Program-made: the position numbers and the translations under genes
Part shown: in pieces, positions 9,810-19,482 of the stretch
Layout: each line of letters starts with the position of its first letter
How positions within the stretch are numbered: the first letter of the stretch is position 1
The notes under the pieces: generated by a model
Database searches by the model: none
The model's input: the letters and a program-made list of their open reading frames with translations, nothing else
Told to the model about the DNA's origin: nothing
DNA from: a bacterium
Lineage (GTDB): Bacteria > Patescibacteriota > Patescibacteriia > 2-01-FULL-39-33
DNA: 64,000 bases
Direction: 5' to 3'
Assembly: GCA_029558735.1 (NCBI GenBank)
Contig: JAKQDP010000047.1
Span: 209 to 64,208 of the forward strand

Positions 9810-11321
9810 ATGGAAAAAATCGGCGTAGATTTTTTGCCGCCAGAAGAAAAAGGGTCGGCAGATAAGAAAATTATCAGCGGCTGGAAAAAAATTATTCTCA
9901 GCCTAATTATTGTGATTATCATTGTTTTGGCGGTCTTTTCCTCTTCCGTGGTTTTTTCCGATGAAAATTTAGCCAAAGAATTGTCTAAATTCAATTTAAT
10001 TGGTCAACTGGGCAAGCTGATTGGCGGCGGCGACAAAGAGTTGATCGGCGAAGATAGGGATCGCCTTAATGTTCTGCTGATTGGTATGGGCGGTCGAGGC
10101 CATGACGGTGGCACACTGGCTGATACAATTATTTTGGGTAGCTTCAAACCCAGCACCAATGAAGTGGCCATGATGTCAATCCCCCGAGATTTGAGTATTT
10201 TTACCACCAAATACGGCTGGATAAAAGTCAATGCCGTTCATGCTTATGGAGAAAAAGAAAATCCGGGTAGCGGCGGTAAAGATCTGGCTGAGGCGCTCAG
10301 TTCGCTATTAGGCGATGAAATCCATTATTATGCCACTGTGGATTTTGATGGATTTGAAAAAATTATTGACGAATTTGGCGGCGTCGATATCGAGGTAGAA
10401 AGAAATTTAATCGATTATCAATATCCAATTCGCGGCAAAGAAAATATTTTTCCCATTGAGAACCGCTTTGAAACTCTGTCAATTAAAAAGGGTCTCCAGC
10501 ACATGGACGGAGAACTGGCCCTTAAATACGCTCGTTCCCGTCACGCCCTGGGCATCGAGGGATCGGATTTCGCCCGCAGTCGACGGCAACAAAAAATTTT
10601 AGTCGCCCTAAAAGAAAAAATATTTGAAACCAAAACTTTTTTTAGCCCCCGACGCATCAATAGTTTATTAAGCGCCTATCAGGATCACATTATTACCAAC
10701 TTGCAAGTTTGGGAAATAATTCGCTTGGCTCAAATCGGCAAAGACATTGATATAACCAAAATTATTAATCAGACCCTAACCGATGGTCCAACCGGTTTTT
10801 TATATGCCGATAAAGTTAATGGCGCCTATGTTTTACTACCTAAAGACGGTAATTTTGAAACTATTAAAAAAATTTGGCAGAATATTTTTTATATTCAAGG
10901 CGAGCCAGCTTTAGCGACCGGCGACAATCTCAATCAAACTGAAAATATTCAAACGGCTACCGAGACTCCAATATTGTCCGCACCGCCTGAAACCGAAACT
11001 CCAACGCCAGTGGTCGCCGAGACTCCACCGACTAATGACTATCAAAAGGAAAACGCCACTATTGAAATCCAAAATGGCACCTGGGTAACCGGCTGGGCCG
11101 GCCAAGAAAAGGACCGACTGAAAAAATTGGGATTTAATATCACCAAGGCAATTAATGCCGTCAATCATGATTTTGCCGCTACCATTATTTATGATTTGTC
11201 CGGTCAAACCAAGCCGGCAACGGCCGCCGAACTGGAAAAACTTTACCAAACTAAACTAACTGCCGAGCGACCAATATCTTTTGACAGTCAGGCTGACTTC
11301 GTGATCATCCTTGGTAAATAA
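9810..11321 (+). CDS. LytR-CpsA-Psr (LCP) family cell-envelope glycopolymer transferase
   Basis: N-terminal TM, then an LCP core (LNVLLIGMGGRGHDGGTLADTIILGSF…MMSIPRDL…YGW…) plus a C-terminal LytR_C-like region. Confidence 0.85.
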   Translation: MEKIGVDFLPPEEKGSADKKIISGWKKIILSLIIVIIIVLAVFSSSVVFSDENLAKELSKFNLIGQLGKLIGGGDKELIGEDRDRLNVLLIGMGGRGHDGGTLADTIILGSFKPSTNEVAMMSIPRDLSIFTTKYGWIKVNAVHAYGEKENPGSGGKDLAEALSSLLGDEIHYYATVDFDGFEKIIDEFGGVDIEVERNLIDYQYPIRGKENIFPIENRFETLSIKKGLQHMDGELALKYARSRHALGIEGSDFARSRRQQKILVALKEKIFETKTFFSPRRINSLLSAYQDHIITNLQVWEIIRLAQIGKDIDITKIINQTLTDGPTGFLYADKVNGAYVLLPKDGNFETIKKIWQNIFYIQGEPALATGDNLNQTENIQTATETPILSAPPETETPTPVVAETPPTNDYQKENATIEIQNGTWVTGWAGQEKDRLKKLGFNITKAINAVNHDFAATIIYDLSGQTKPATAAELEKLYQTKLTAERPISFDSQADFVIILGK

Positions 11322-11342
11322 GCCGCTTTCCGCTCACCAAAT

Positions 11343-11378
11343 AAAAAGGCGAGACCCACTGGGGTCGCGCCTTTTTTG
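11343..11378. terminator. Bidirectional rho-independent terminator
   Basis: A-run, GGCGAGACCC / GGGTCGCGCC stem, T-run. It lies between the convergent LCP gene and the 86-aa minus-strand gene. Confidence 0.8.
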
Positions 11379-11379
11379 A

Positions 11380-11640
11380 TTACTGATCAAAAATAAAAGG
11401 TCGAGCCGGACAATGACTGCCGCCTTCACGGACAAAAACTTCAAACTTAAGCCTGAGTTTTGTCCGACTTCTTTTGAGGCTGGCAATAATCTCCCTTGGG
11501 CATAGCCACATCCCTCGCCGGCCGCCATCTTGGCACAACACTCCATCTTCAAAGATGGCCTCCGCTAAATTAGCTATCACCTCATTTGTATAGCTGTCCA
11601 ACGGTTTCAAATACCAATAATAATCTCTCTCACCCGACAT
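11380..11640 (-). CDS. Hypothetical small protein (86 aa)
   Basis: ORF track. On the minus strand there is a strong SD (AGGAGGG, 8 nt upstream) and a TTGATT-17-TATACT promoter just upstream. Confidence 0.6.
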   Translation of the reverse strand: MSGERDYYWYLKPLDSYTNEVIANLAEAIFEDGVLCQDGGRRGMWLCPREIIASLKRSRTKLRLKFEVFVREGGSHCPARPFIFDQ

Positions 11641-11732
11641 AATATTACCCTCCTAACTTTGTACTGATAAAAGTATAAGAAAAATGAGCTTCAAAATCAA
11701 GTCAATGGTAAAACAAGCCCGATTAACCGCTA

Positions 11733-11761
11733 TTGACAATAATTCTTTTATTTGTTACAAT
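11733..11761 (+). promoter_or_regulatory. Consensus sigma70 promoter (TTGACA-17-TACAAT) for the 58-aa small gene
   Basis: TTGACA at 11733-11738, an exact 17-nt spacer, TACAAT at 11756-11761. Confidence 0.7.
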
Positions 11762-11823
11762 AATAATCCATTATTGATAATGGCATCTCAAACAAGAGAT
11801 AAAAACAAAAAAGGCGTTATAAC

Positions 11824-12000
11824 ATGGCACAAAAGAAAAAAATGTCTGGGCGTAAATTAAAAACAACAGACATTGAATCTGTATTTAAAGCCCGGGGATT
11901 TAAAGTGACCTTAATTAAGGACCAAGTGATTTTGGAAAAAAATGGAATAATCAAAAAAATTCCCCTTAACCAATTGGAAAGGTTTCTCGGGTACGATTAA
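11824..12000 (+). CDS. Hypothetical small basic protein (58 aa; below the ORF-track cutoff)
   Basis: ATG at 11824, stop TAA at 11998-12000: MAQKKKMSGRKLKTTDIESVFKARGFKVTLIKDQVILEKNGIIKKIPLNQLERFLGYD. A consensus promoter lies upstream and a perfect 10-bp terminator hairpin downstream. Confidence 0.5.
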   Translation: MAQKKKMSGRKLKTTDIESVFKARGFKVTLIKDQVILEKNGIIKKIPLNQLERFLGYD

Positions 12001-12017
12001 TAACCCTAAAAACAAAA

Positions 12018-12057
12018 ATGCCAAGATTTAAGCCGAACCGCTTAAATCTTTTTTTAT
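12018..12057. terminator. Bidirectional rho-independent terminator
   Basis: AGATTTAAGC / GCTTAAATCT 10-bp stem, T7 run, with an A-run upstream. Confidence 0.8.
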
Positions 12058-13481
12058 TGCAGATACTCCAGCAGCCCTCGATAAAGCATCCTTTGATTAC
12101 TATCCTCAATTGTTAATAGTTCATTGTTGCAAAAATCGATAACCTCATCGGCTCGACCCTGCCGGGCAATCTCAAGCAAAACTGCTACCGCCAAAGAAAA
12201 TCGACTTTCTTCTTGTCCTTTCCCTCTAATTTCTTCAAATTCCTTAATAATTTCTTGAATGGTCTTGCCCAGTCTGATTCCTTCATCCAAATTATCAATC
12301 GCTTTTTTTGATATTTCCTGATACCTATTCAACGGATACCTAGTCAACGGTTCACCGGCTAATAACCTTCTCCTAATACTTTCCCTCGGTTCATCAATAT
12401 ATTGCCCCAAAGCCTGGGCTTTATCCATTCTTTCGATAAATATTTTTTGCTCCGGGCCCTTGCTAATTGGCCTAAGTAATTCTATTGAGACATTATCCGG
12501 ATAACAATTATCGGACTGATAAACCCTCCTTAAATCCAAGTCATTGTTCGGATCAATTTTAATGGCCGAGCCAAAATCAACAATTTTTAATTTGCCCTCT
12601 TGATCCAGCATAATATTTCTTAAATGCAGATCCCGATGATAAATTCCAGCCCGATGAAAAACACTGATTGCCGCTATTAATTCGCTGATTAATTTTTTAT
12701 CAAAAAGATTCCTATATACCAAATCCGGCTTTATTTTATTCATAAACGCCATTCGCTCTTTATGCGCCTCAGGAGAATCATCATTGTGCCGATATTTATG
12801 TTTAAAACCAATAAACCGGCAAATTATCTCCATTAATTCATCGGCCCCCTTCTGCTCTAGGGTGACAATAAAATTTTCATAACCAATATCTGGATAGGCT
12901 AATTCAATTTCATTTTTCCTGGTAATCAGGTACTGGCGATAAACCCAGGCCGCTAAATCGCAGCCATCCACAAAATCCATAGCCAAAATTTCTATTCGCG
13001 GCTCCTTATCATCAATATCCACGGCACATTGCTGCAATAAATCAATTGTTTCCTGATCCTTGATTTCCAAATCGCGATAAAAAAACGGCTGAGGCACTGA
13101 AACCTCCGACACTTCTGACTCTGTCAACAGCTGATAGGCTTCCGCCTGAAGATTATACTCAACCAATCCCTTGCCATTGGTATAAAGCTTGAGAATTTTA
13201 AAAGCCGATTCCTGACCGTTTTCAATAAAATCCGGTAGCGCTTGTAAAAATACCTCTTTTAAATCCTCCGGCAAATCTTCCGGACTTAATTTAAAAATTA
13301 CGCCATTATTGCCATAATTAACCATTTCTGCCGCCTCACTTCTAATGGCCAACTCCAAACAACCATCAATAATTTCTTGACTAATTTCACTGATTTCCTG
13401 ATTATTATTCTGCTCTTCATTATTCCCGATGGTATCCCCGATTGCCGATAACCCAACTTCAGAAAGTTTTTTTACCGCCAT
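12054..13481 (-). CDS. Eukaryotic-like Ser/Thr protein-kinase-domain protein
   Basis: Catalytic loop HRDLHLRNIML and IVDFGSA (DFG) motifs, with an N-terminal acidic region and a C-terminal extension. Confidence 0.7.
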   Translation of the reverse strand: MAVKKLSEVGLSAIGDTIGNNEEQNNNQEISEISQEIIDGCLELAIRSEAAEMVNYGNNGVIFKLSPEDLPEDLKEVFLQALPDFIENGQESAFKILKLYTNGKGLVEYNLQAEAYQLLTESEVSEVSVPQPFFYRDLEIKDQETIDLLQQCAVDIDDKEPRIEILAMDFVDGCDLAAWVYRQYLITRKNEIELAYPDIGYENFIVTLEQKGADELMEIICRFIGFKHKYRHNDDSPEAHKERMAFMNKIKPDLVYRNLFDKKLISELIAAISVFHRAGIYHRDLHLRNIMLDQEGKLKIVDFGSAIKIDPNNDLDLRRVYQSDNCYPDNVSIELLRPISKGPEQKIFIERMDKAQALGQYIDEPRESIRRRLLAGEPLTRYPLNRYQEISKKAIDNLDEGIRLGKTIQEIIKEFEEIRGKGQEESRFSLAVAVLLEIARQGRADEVIDFCNNELLTIEDSNQRMLYRGLLEYLQ

Positions 13482-13567
13482 AAATATTAATTCATTAATA
13501 ATAATATTATTATTATTTATTTATTTTATCTGATTATTTGAAAAATATAAAGTAAATTGCCAACCAC

Positions 13568-13596
13568 TTGAAATTAGGTTAAAATTATATTATAAT
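13568..13596 (+). promoter_or_regulatory. Sigma70-like promoter (TTGAAA-17-TATAAT) for der
   Basis: TTGAAA at 13568-13573, a 17-nt spacer, TATAAT at 13591-13596. Confidence 0.6.
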
Positions 13597-13621
13597 AAAA
13601 TTTTTTATAGTCCCCCCTAAA

Positions 13622-14974
13622 ATGACTCACTTATTGCCCCAAATAGCGATTATCGGCCGCGCCAATGTCGGCAAGTCCACCCTATTTAACCGCCTGATTG
13701 AACAAAATAAAGCGCTCGTTTCCAAGATCGCCGGCACCACCCGCGACCGCAATATTGCCACTGCCGAGTGGCGCGGCCGCCGCTTCCAGGTAATTGATAC
13801 CGGTGGCTTGGATATTAATAAAAAAAATCCCGACCAAATCAGCCAGGAAATAATCAAACAAAGCCAACAGGCCATTAATAAAGCCAACCTGATACTGTTT
13901 GTGGTTGATGCCAAATCCGGCATTATTGCCTCAGACAGCGAATTGGCCAAGGCGCTCGTCAAAAATAAACAAAAAGATAAAACTATTTTAGTCGTCAACA
14001 AGGCCGACTCTCTAAGGTGGCGTCAGCCCAGCGCGGAAATGTATAAATTAAATTTAGGTCAGCCCAACATGCTTTCTGCTGCCAATGGTTCTGGAGTCGG
14101 TGATTTACTGGATTTAATTGTTTCCCGTTTGCCGGCGGATAAAAAAATAAAAACCGAACAACCAAATAATGAAATCAAAGTGGCTATTGTCGGCAAGCCC
14201 AATGTCGGCAAGTCTTCACTGTTAAATTCCATTCTGGGCGAAGAGCGAGTGATGGTTACTGATATTGCTCACACTACTCGGGAATCGCACGATACCGAAT
14301 TTATCTATAAAAAAAATAAATTCACCTTAATTGATACCGCCGGCATCAGCCGTGACAATAAACTAAAAAATAAAAGTTTGGAAAAAAAATCAATTGATCG
14401 CTCCCTAGAAACAATCGCTAAGGCCGACATTGTTTTGTTGGTGACGGAAGTTCAGAAAAACATTTCCACTCAAGACAAAAACATCACCCAAGCAATCCTA
14501 GAAAATTCCAAGTCAGTAATTATTGTAGCGAATAAATGGGATTTAATTCCCGACAAAGATGAAAAAACAATTAATCGTTACATCGATTATTATCAGGCCA
14601 ACTTCCCTTATCTATGGTGGGCGCCGATAATTTTCGTCTCCGCCAAAGAAAATTTAAGAACTAAAAAAATATTGGACTTGATTTTAGATATCCAAGCGGC
14701 CCGATCTATCCAGTTGACAGATAAACAGCTGGAACGCTTCTTAAAATCAAAAATCAAACAACATCGCCCGGCTCGCGGTCGCGGTTTAAAAAACCCTTAT
14801 ATCTATAAATTAGAACAAGCCGCCATCAATCCGCCACGGATAATTATCTATGTTAATGACCCCAAAATCCTGCATTTTTCCTATATTCGGTTCCTACAAA
14901 ATAATTTACACCAACAGTTTAATATTATCGGCACCCCCATTCAAATTGAAGTTAAAAAATGGAAATCTAAATAA
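13622..14974 (+). CDS. der: Ribosome-biogenesis GTPase Der (EngA)
   Basis: Two tandem G domains (GRANVGKSTLFN… and GKPNVGKSSLLN…) plus a KH-like C-terminus. Confidence 0.92.
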   Translation: MTHLLPQIAIIGRANVGKSTLFNRLIEQNKALVSKIAGTTRDRNIATAEWRGRRFQVIDTGGLDINKKNPDQISQEIIKQSQQAINKANLILFVVDAKSGIIASDSELAKALVKNKQKDKTILVVNKADSLRWRQPSAEMYKLNLGQPNMLSAANGSGVGDLLDLIVSRLPADKKIKTEQPNNEIKVAIVGKPNVGKSSLLNSILGEERVMVTDIAHTTRESHDTEFIYKKNKFTLIDTAGISRDNKLKNKSLEKKSIDRSLETIAKADIVLLVTEVQKNISTQDKNITQAILENSKSVIIVANKWDLIPDKDEKTINRYIDYYQANFPYLWWAPIIFVSAKENLRTKKILDLILDIQAARSIQLTDKQLERFLKSKIKQHRPARGRGLKNPYIYKLEQAAINPPRIIIYVNDPKILHFSYIRFLQNNLHQQFNIIGTPIQIEVKKWKSK

Positions 14975-14982
14975 TCGCCATT

Positions 14983-15549
14983 ATGAAACTAATCGTCGGC
15001 CTGGGCAATCCCGGCTCCCAATATTCCCATACCTGGCACAATTTGGGCTTTAAGACGCTAGACTGTCTGCAAAACAGGCTAGCCGCTGGACCATTTAAAA
15101 TGGCAAATAAATTTCAAGCGCAAATTGCCACTAGTCGCATCGGCCAAGAAAAAATAATCTTAGCTAAGCCGCAAACCTTTATGAACAACTCCGGCCAAGC
15201 CATAGCGGCCATTGCCAACTACTACAAAATACCAATCTCCGATATTATTGTCATCCATGATGACCTAGACCTGCCGCTAGGCGCTATTCGAGTTGCCCAA
15301 AACTCTTCGGCCGGCGGCCATAATGGAGTCAAATCAGTGATTAATCACTTATCCAGCCAAAAATTCAGCCGAATCAAAATCGGGGTACAAACCACTAAGA
15401 CCAAACAAATCGCCGCCAATAATTATGTCTTAAAAAAAATCGGTTTTTGGGATGGCAAAAAAGCTAAAGCTGCCGTTGAAATTGCGGCGGCGGCGGCTCA
15501 GGAATTAGTATCCCAACCGATTGAAAAAGTAATGAATCTTTACAATTAA
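14983..15549 (+). CDS. pth: Peptidyl-tRNA hydrolase
   Basis: MKLIVGLGNPG…HNLGF…IIVIHDDLDLPLG…GGHNG. Confidence 0.92.
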   Translation: MKLIVGLGNPGSQYSHTWHNLGFKTLDCLQNRLAAGPFKMANKFQAQIATSRIGQEKIILAKPQTFMNNSGQAIAAIANYYKIPISDIIVIHDDLDLPLGAIRVAQNSSAGGHNGVKSVINHLSSQKFSRIKIGVQTTKTKQIAANNYVLKKIGFWDGKKAKAAVEIAAAAAQELVSQPIEKVMNLYN

Positions 15550-16074
15550 AAAGGCACGCCAGCAACCTCGCGGATGCCTAAGCCTTGTTCCCTTGAGCCA
15601 AGGAAACGACAAGGACTGGCGCGCCAAAACAATTACCGACTCTCCTTAAGAAAGCCGGAACAGAATATCTGGCGGGACGCTCCAGCTTAACTGGAAAAGA
15701 TTTTGCCAAAGCTTAACAAGCGTTAACAAAATCGCGCCCCAAAATGGTCGGGGTGTCTCCGGACTGGTTACCGGCGGACTCAACCTGATTGGGCCTAATC
15801 CCCCCAAGGTGGATAGGTAATCCCAATCGGGAATCGGACACCCCGATGATTGCTATCGACTACTATACTGTCGGCTAGTATATGATCTCAATCAAAAGAC
15901 TGAAATCATAATTTAGGACAAGAAAAACTGTCAGGAGGGAAACAATTTCTCTCGTCAACTAGCAGACAGAATAATAGCCGATAACAATTTCAAAGAACTA
16001 CATTGATATGATATCTTATCATAGCAAAAACCAAAAGTCAAGCCTTAAGACAAGTTGTTTAAATTAAGCAAAAA

Positions 16075-17184
16075 ATGACCACCAGCGACCCTCAGCTAGA
16101 GGACCAATATTGGTTGGCTCTCTCGCAAATAAAAAAAATCGGCCCGATTAGTTGGCAAAAAATCATTAATTATTTTCCTTCAATAGAAGCGGCCTGGCAA
16201 GCATCCGCCGAAGATTTTAAACGAGCTGGATTGGAAGAAAAATTAATTTCCTATCTGATTAGTCAGCGACCCACCTTAAACCCTGAGGCCGAATTAAGTA
16301 AACTACTGGAAGAAAAAATCAACCTTATTAAAATAACTGACCCGAATTATCCCCGACTGCTCAAAGAAATTTATAATCCCCCAGCAATCTTATATTATCG
16401 CGGCAGCTTGGATTCACTAACCAAGCCGACGATCGCCATTGTCGGCACTAGAAAAAATTCTTCTTATGGTCGCCAAGTCGCTAAAGAAATTGGCGGTCAA
16501 TTGGCCCGAGCCGGCCTCACTATTGTTTCTGGCTTAGCCTTAGGCATTGACGCTTTAGCTCACTTAACGGCCATTAATCACCAAGAGCCGACCGCCGCCG
16601 TATTGGGCTCTGGCCTAGACTGGCAAAACATTTATCCCGCCACTAATCGGCAATTGGCCCAAAAAATAATTGACGGCCAAGGCATTGTTTTATCGGAGCT
16701 CCCCCTTGGCACAATGCCAACCAAATTTACCTTTCCCCTGCGCAATCGGATTATTTCTGGTCTATCCCTGGGAACAATAGTGATTGAAGCACCCGAAAGT
16801 TCTGGCGCCTTAATCACTGCCAAATACGCCCTGGAACAAAACCGAGAAGTTTTTGCTATTCCCGGATCGATTTATAGTCGCCTCTCGGTGGGTGCTAATA
16901 ATTTAATTAAGGCTGGAGCCAAATTGGTCAATTGCCATCAGGATATTTTAGAAGAATTAAATATTAAAAGTATTGACGAAAAAATTTCCCCCCTAGCCGA
17001 CCAACCCCATGATTCAACGGAACTGATAATTCTAAATCTCCTTAGTAAGGAACCGCTTCACATTGACAAAATAGCTATTTTTAGTAAACTTAAAATTAAT
17101 TCCTTGATGAGCGCTTTGACCTTATTGGAAATGAAAGGCCTGATCAAAGATCTTGGCGGTAAAAATTACATCAAGCTAATTTAA
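16075..17184 (+). CDS. dprA: DNA-processing protein DprA (Smf)
   Basis: IVGTRKNSSYGRQVAKEIGGQLARAGLTIVSGLALGIDALAH Rossmann-like DprA core, plus a C-terminal winged-helix region. Confidence 0.88.
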   Translation: MTTSDPQLEDQYWLALSQIKKIGPISWQKIINYFPSIEAAWQASAEDFKRAGLEEKLISYLISQRPTLNPEAELSKLLEEKINLIKITDPNYPRLLKEIYNPPAILYYRGSLDSLTKPTIAIVGTRKNSSYGRQVAKEIGGQLARAGLTIVSGLALGIDALAHLTAINHQEPTAAVLGSGLDWQNIYPATNRQLAQKIIDGQGIVLSELPLGTMPTKFTFPLRNRIISGLSLGTIVIEAPESSGALITAKYALEQNREVFAIPGSIYSRLSVGANNLIKAGAKLVNCHQDILEELNIKSIDEKISPLADQPHDSTELIILNLLSKEPLHIDKIAIFSKLKINSLMSALTLLEMKGLIKDLGGKNYIKLI

Positions 17185-17193
17185 TCAACAACT

Positions 17194-19389
17194 ATGTCTA
17201 AACTACTAATCGTCGAATCACCCACTAAGGCCAAAACTATTTCTAAATTTTTGTCTAAAGATTTTAAAGTCCGATCTTCTTTTGGCCATATCCGCGATCT
17301 GCCAAAAAGTAAAATTGGCATTGATGTGGATAATAATTTTCAACCAACTTATGTAATACCGGCCAAAAGTCGAAAAACAGCCAATGAATTAAAAAAATTA
17401 GCTCAACAGGCCGAAAAAATATATTTCGCCACTGACGAAGACCGTGAAGGAGAGGCGATCTCTTGGCACTTGGCCCAAATTTTTAATACCCCCTTAGACC
17501 AGAGCCAACGAATTACTTTTCATGAAATCACCGAAGAAGCGATCAAAGAAGCCCTCAAAAATCCCCGACCGATCGACTTAAATTTAGTCGACGCCCAACA
17601 AGCCAGACGGATTTTAGATCGACTGGTCGGTTATAATCTTTCGCCTTTATTGTGGAAAAAGGTGGCCAAAGGACTTTCCGCCGGACGGGTTCAATCAGTA
17701 GCGGTCAGATTAATTGTTGAAAAAGAAAGAGAGATAGAAAACTTCAAACAACAGGAATATTGGGAAATATTCGCTGATTTTGAAACTGTTGACCAGCAAA
17801 ATATCCGGGCCAAACTGCATAAAATTGACCAAAAAAATTTGGACAAATTTGCCATCACCACCGACACTGCGGCCCAAGAAATAAACCAGCAATTAACCAG
17901 CCTAACTTATCAAATCAGCGAAATAATCAGCAAGGAGAATATTAAAAATCCTCTCCCTCCTTTTACCACCGCCTCGCTTCAGCAAGAAGCCAATCGCCGC
18001 CTAGGTTTCTCTGCCAAACAGACGATGATGCTCGCCCAACAGCTTTATGAAGGAATAGAAATCGATGGTGATTCGGTCGGCTTAATCACTTATATGAGAA
18101 CCGACTCGACTAACCTGGCGGAAAAATTTTCCCACGAAGCCGGTCACTATCTCAAAGCAGAGCTGGGTGAGAAATATCACCGCCAAAGAAATTACAAAAC
18201 AAAAAGTAAGGGCGCCCAAGAAGCCCATGAGGCAATCCGACCAACCTCAGCCACCAGAACTCCGGACCAACTAAACGGTAAGCTCAACCGCAATCAATTC
18301 CGCTTATACCAATTGATTTGGCAACGCGCCATCGCCAGCCAAATGGCGCCGGCGATTCTAGAAGCAACCACTATTGATATCGACGATAAAGACAGCCACT
18401 ACAGTTTTCGCGCCACTGGTCAAGTGATTAAATTTGACGGTTTCCTAAAGATTTACCCCAGCCAAACCAAAAACGAACTGCTGCCGGCTAGTCAAAAACA
18501 TGACCCGGTTAGTTGTTTAAAAATCGAACCAATTCAAAAATTCACTCAGCCGCCAGCTCGATATTCTGACGCCACATTAGTTAAAGCCTTGGAAGAAAAA
18601 GGCATTGGTCGGCCTTCCACTTATGCCCCTACGATCGCCACTATCATTGATCGAGGCTATGTTGACCGACTGACAGACAAACGACTCAAGCCGACCGATA
18701 TAGCGAAAATAGTCAACGATCTGCTGGTGGAACACTTTGATAATATTGTTGATTATGATTTTACCGCCGCCATTGAGGAAGATTTTGATAAAATAGCCGC
18801 TGGCAAAAAAAAGTGGCAACCCTTTATTAAAAGCTTTTATCTGCCGTTTGCAAAAAATATCAAAGAAAAAGAAACCGCCATCAATAAAAAAGAGATCACT
18901 GAAGAAAAAACCGACGAAAAATGCGAACAATGCGGCTCGCCCATGGTAATTAAAATCGGTCGCTTTGGTAAATTCTTGGCCTGCTCGAATTTTCCCGAAT
19001 GTAAAAACACTAAAAATATCAATCCCCAGGGAGAAATTGAAGACAACCAACCTAAATTACTCGAAGAAAAATGTCCCGATTGCGGCGCCAATTTGATTTT
19101 ACGCCAAGGTCGTTATGGACAATTTAAGGGTTGTAGCGCCTATCCTAAGTGTAAATTTATCAAAAAAGAAGCGACGCCCGATTTAAACATCAACTGCCCC
19201 AAGTGTCAAAACGGTAAAATCATTTCTAAAAGAAGTCGGCGGGGAATATTTTATGGTTGCGACAAATACCCTGACTGCGATTTTGCGTTTTGGGGAAAAC
19301 CCACTAAAGACCAATGCCCCAAATGCGGTTACCCGCTAACCGAAGACAAAAAAGGCACAGTTAAATGTAGTAATAAAGAATGTCAATAG
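17194..19389 (+). CDS. topA: DNA topoisomerase I
   Basis: TOPRIM N-terminus (LLIVESPTKAKTISKFL), the topoisomerase IA core, and four C-terminal C4 zinc ribbons. Confidence 0.93.
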   Translation: MSKLLIVESPTKAKTISKFLSKDFKVRSSFGHIRDLPKSKIGIDVDNNFQPTYVIPAKSRKTANELKKLAQQAEKIYFATDEDREGEAISWHLAQIFNTPLDQSQRITFHEITEEAIKEALKNPRPIDLNLVDAQQARRILDRLVGYNLSPLLWKKVAKGLSAGRVQSVAVRLIVEKEREIENFKQQEYWEIFADFETVDQQNIRAKLHKIDQKNLDKFAITTDTAAQEINQQLTSLTYQISEIISKENIKNPLPPFTTASLQQEANRRLGFSAKQTMMLAQQLYEGIEIDGDSVGLITYMRTDSTNLAEKFSHEAGHYLKAELGEKYHRQRNYKTKSKGAQEAHEAIRPTSATRTPDQLNGKLNRNQFRLYQLIWQRAIASQMAPAILEATTIDIDDKDSHYSFRATGQVIKFDGFLKIYPSQTKNELLPASQKHDPVSCLKIEPIQKFTQPPARYSDATLVKALEEKGIGRPSTYAPTIATIIDRGYVDRLTDKRLKPTDIAKIVNDLLVEHFDNIVDYDFTAAIEEDFDKIAAGKKKWQPFIKSFYLPFAKNIKEKETAINKKEITEEKTDEKCEQCGSPMVIKIGRFGKFLACSNFPECKNTKNINPQGEIEDNQPKLLEEKCPDCGANLILRQGRYGQFKGCSAYPKCKFIKKEATPDLNINCPKCQNGKIISKRSRRGIFYGCDKYPDCDFAFWGKPTKDQCPKCGYPLTEDKKGTVKCSNKECQ

Positions 19390-19482
19390 CCTAACCAGCG
19401 TCCCGAATTATCGGGGCGTTTTAAGTAACTGACCCATTTGCCAGTCTGATTAAAATATCTTACAATATTATATCAAAAGACA

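Noticed and set aside
11824-12000. Calling the 58-aa protein a HicA toxin
   Set aside because: The overall pattern is vaguely HicA or dsRBD-like, but the diagnostic GSH…H motif is absent and no HicB partner is adjacent.
15560-15900. Assignment of the GC-rich spacer as RNase P RNA or SRP RNA
   Set aside because: I could not find the P4 (GGAAAGUCCGG…ACAGAA.CCGGCUUA at the right spacing) or SRP domain-IV (GGUCAGG…GGAAGCAGCC) signatures on either strand. It is kept only as an unassigned structured-RNA candidate.
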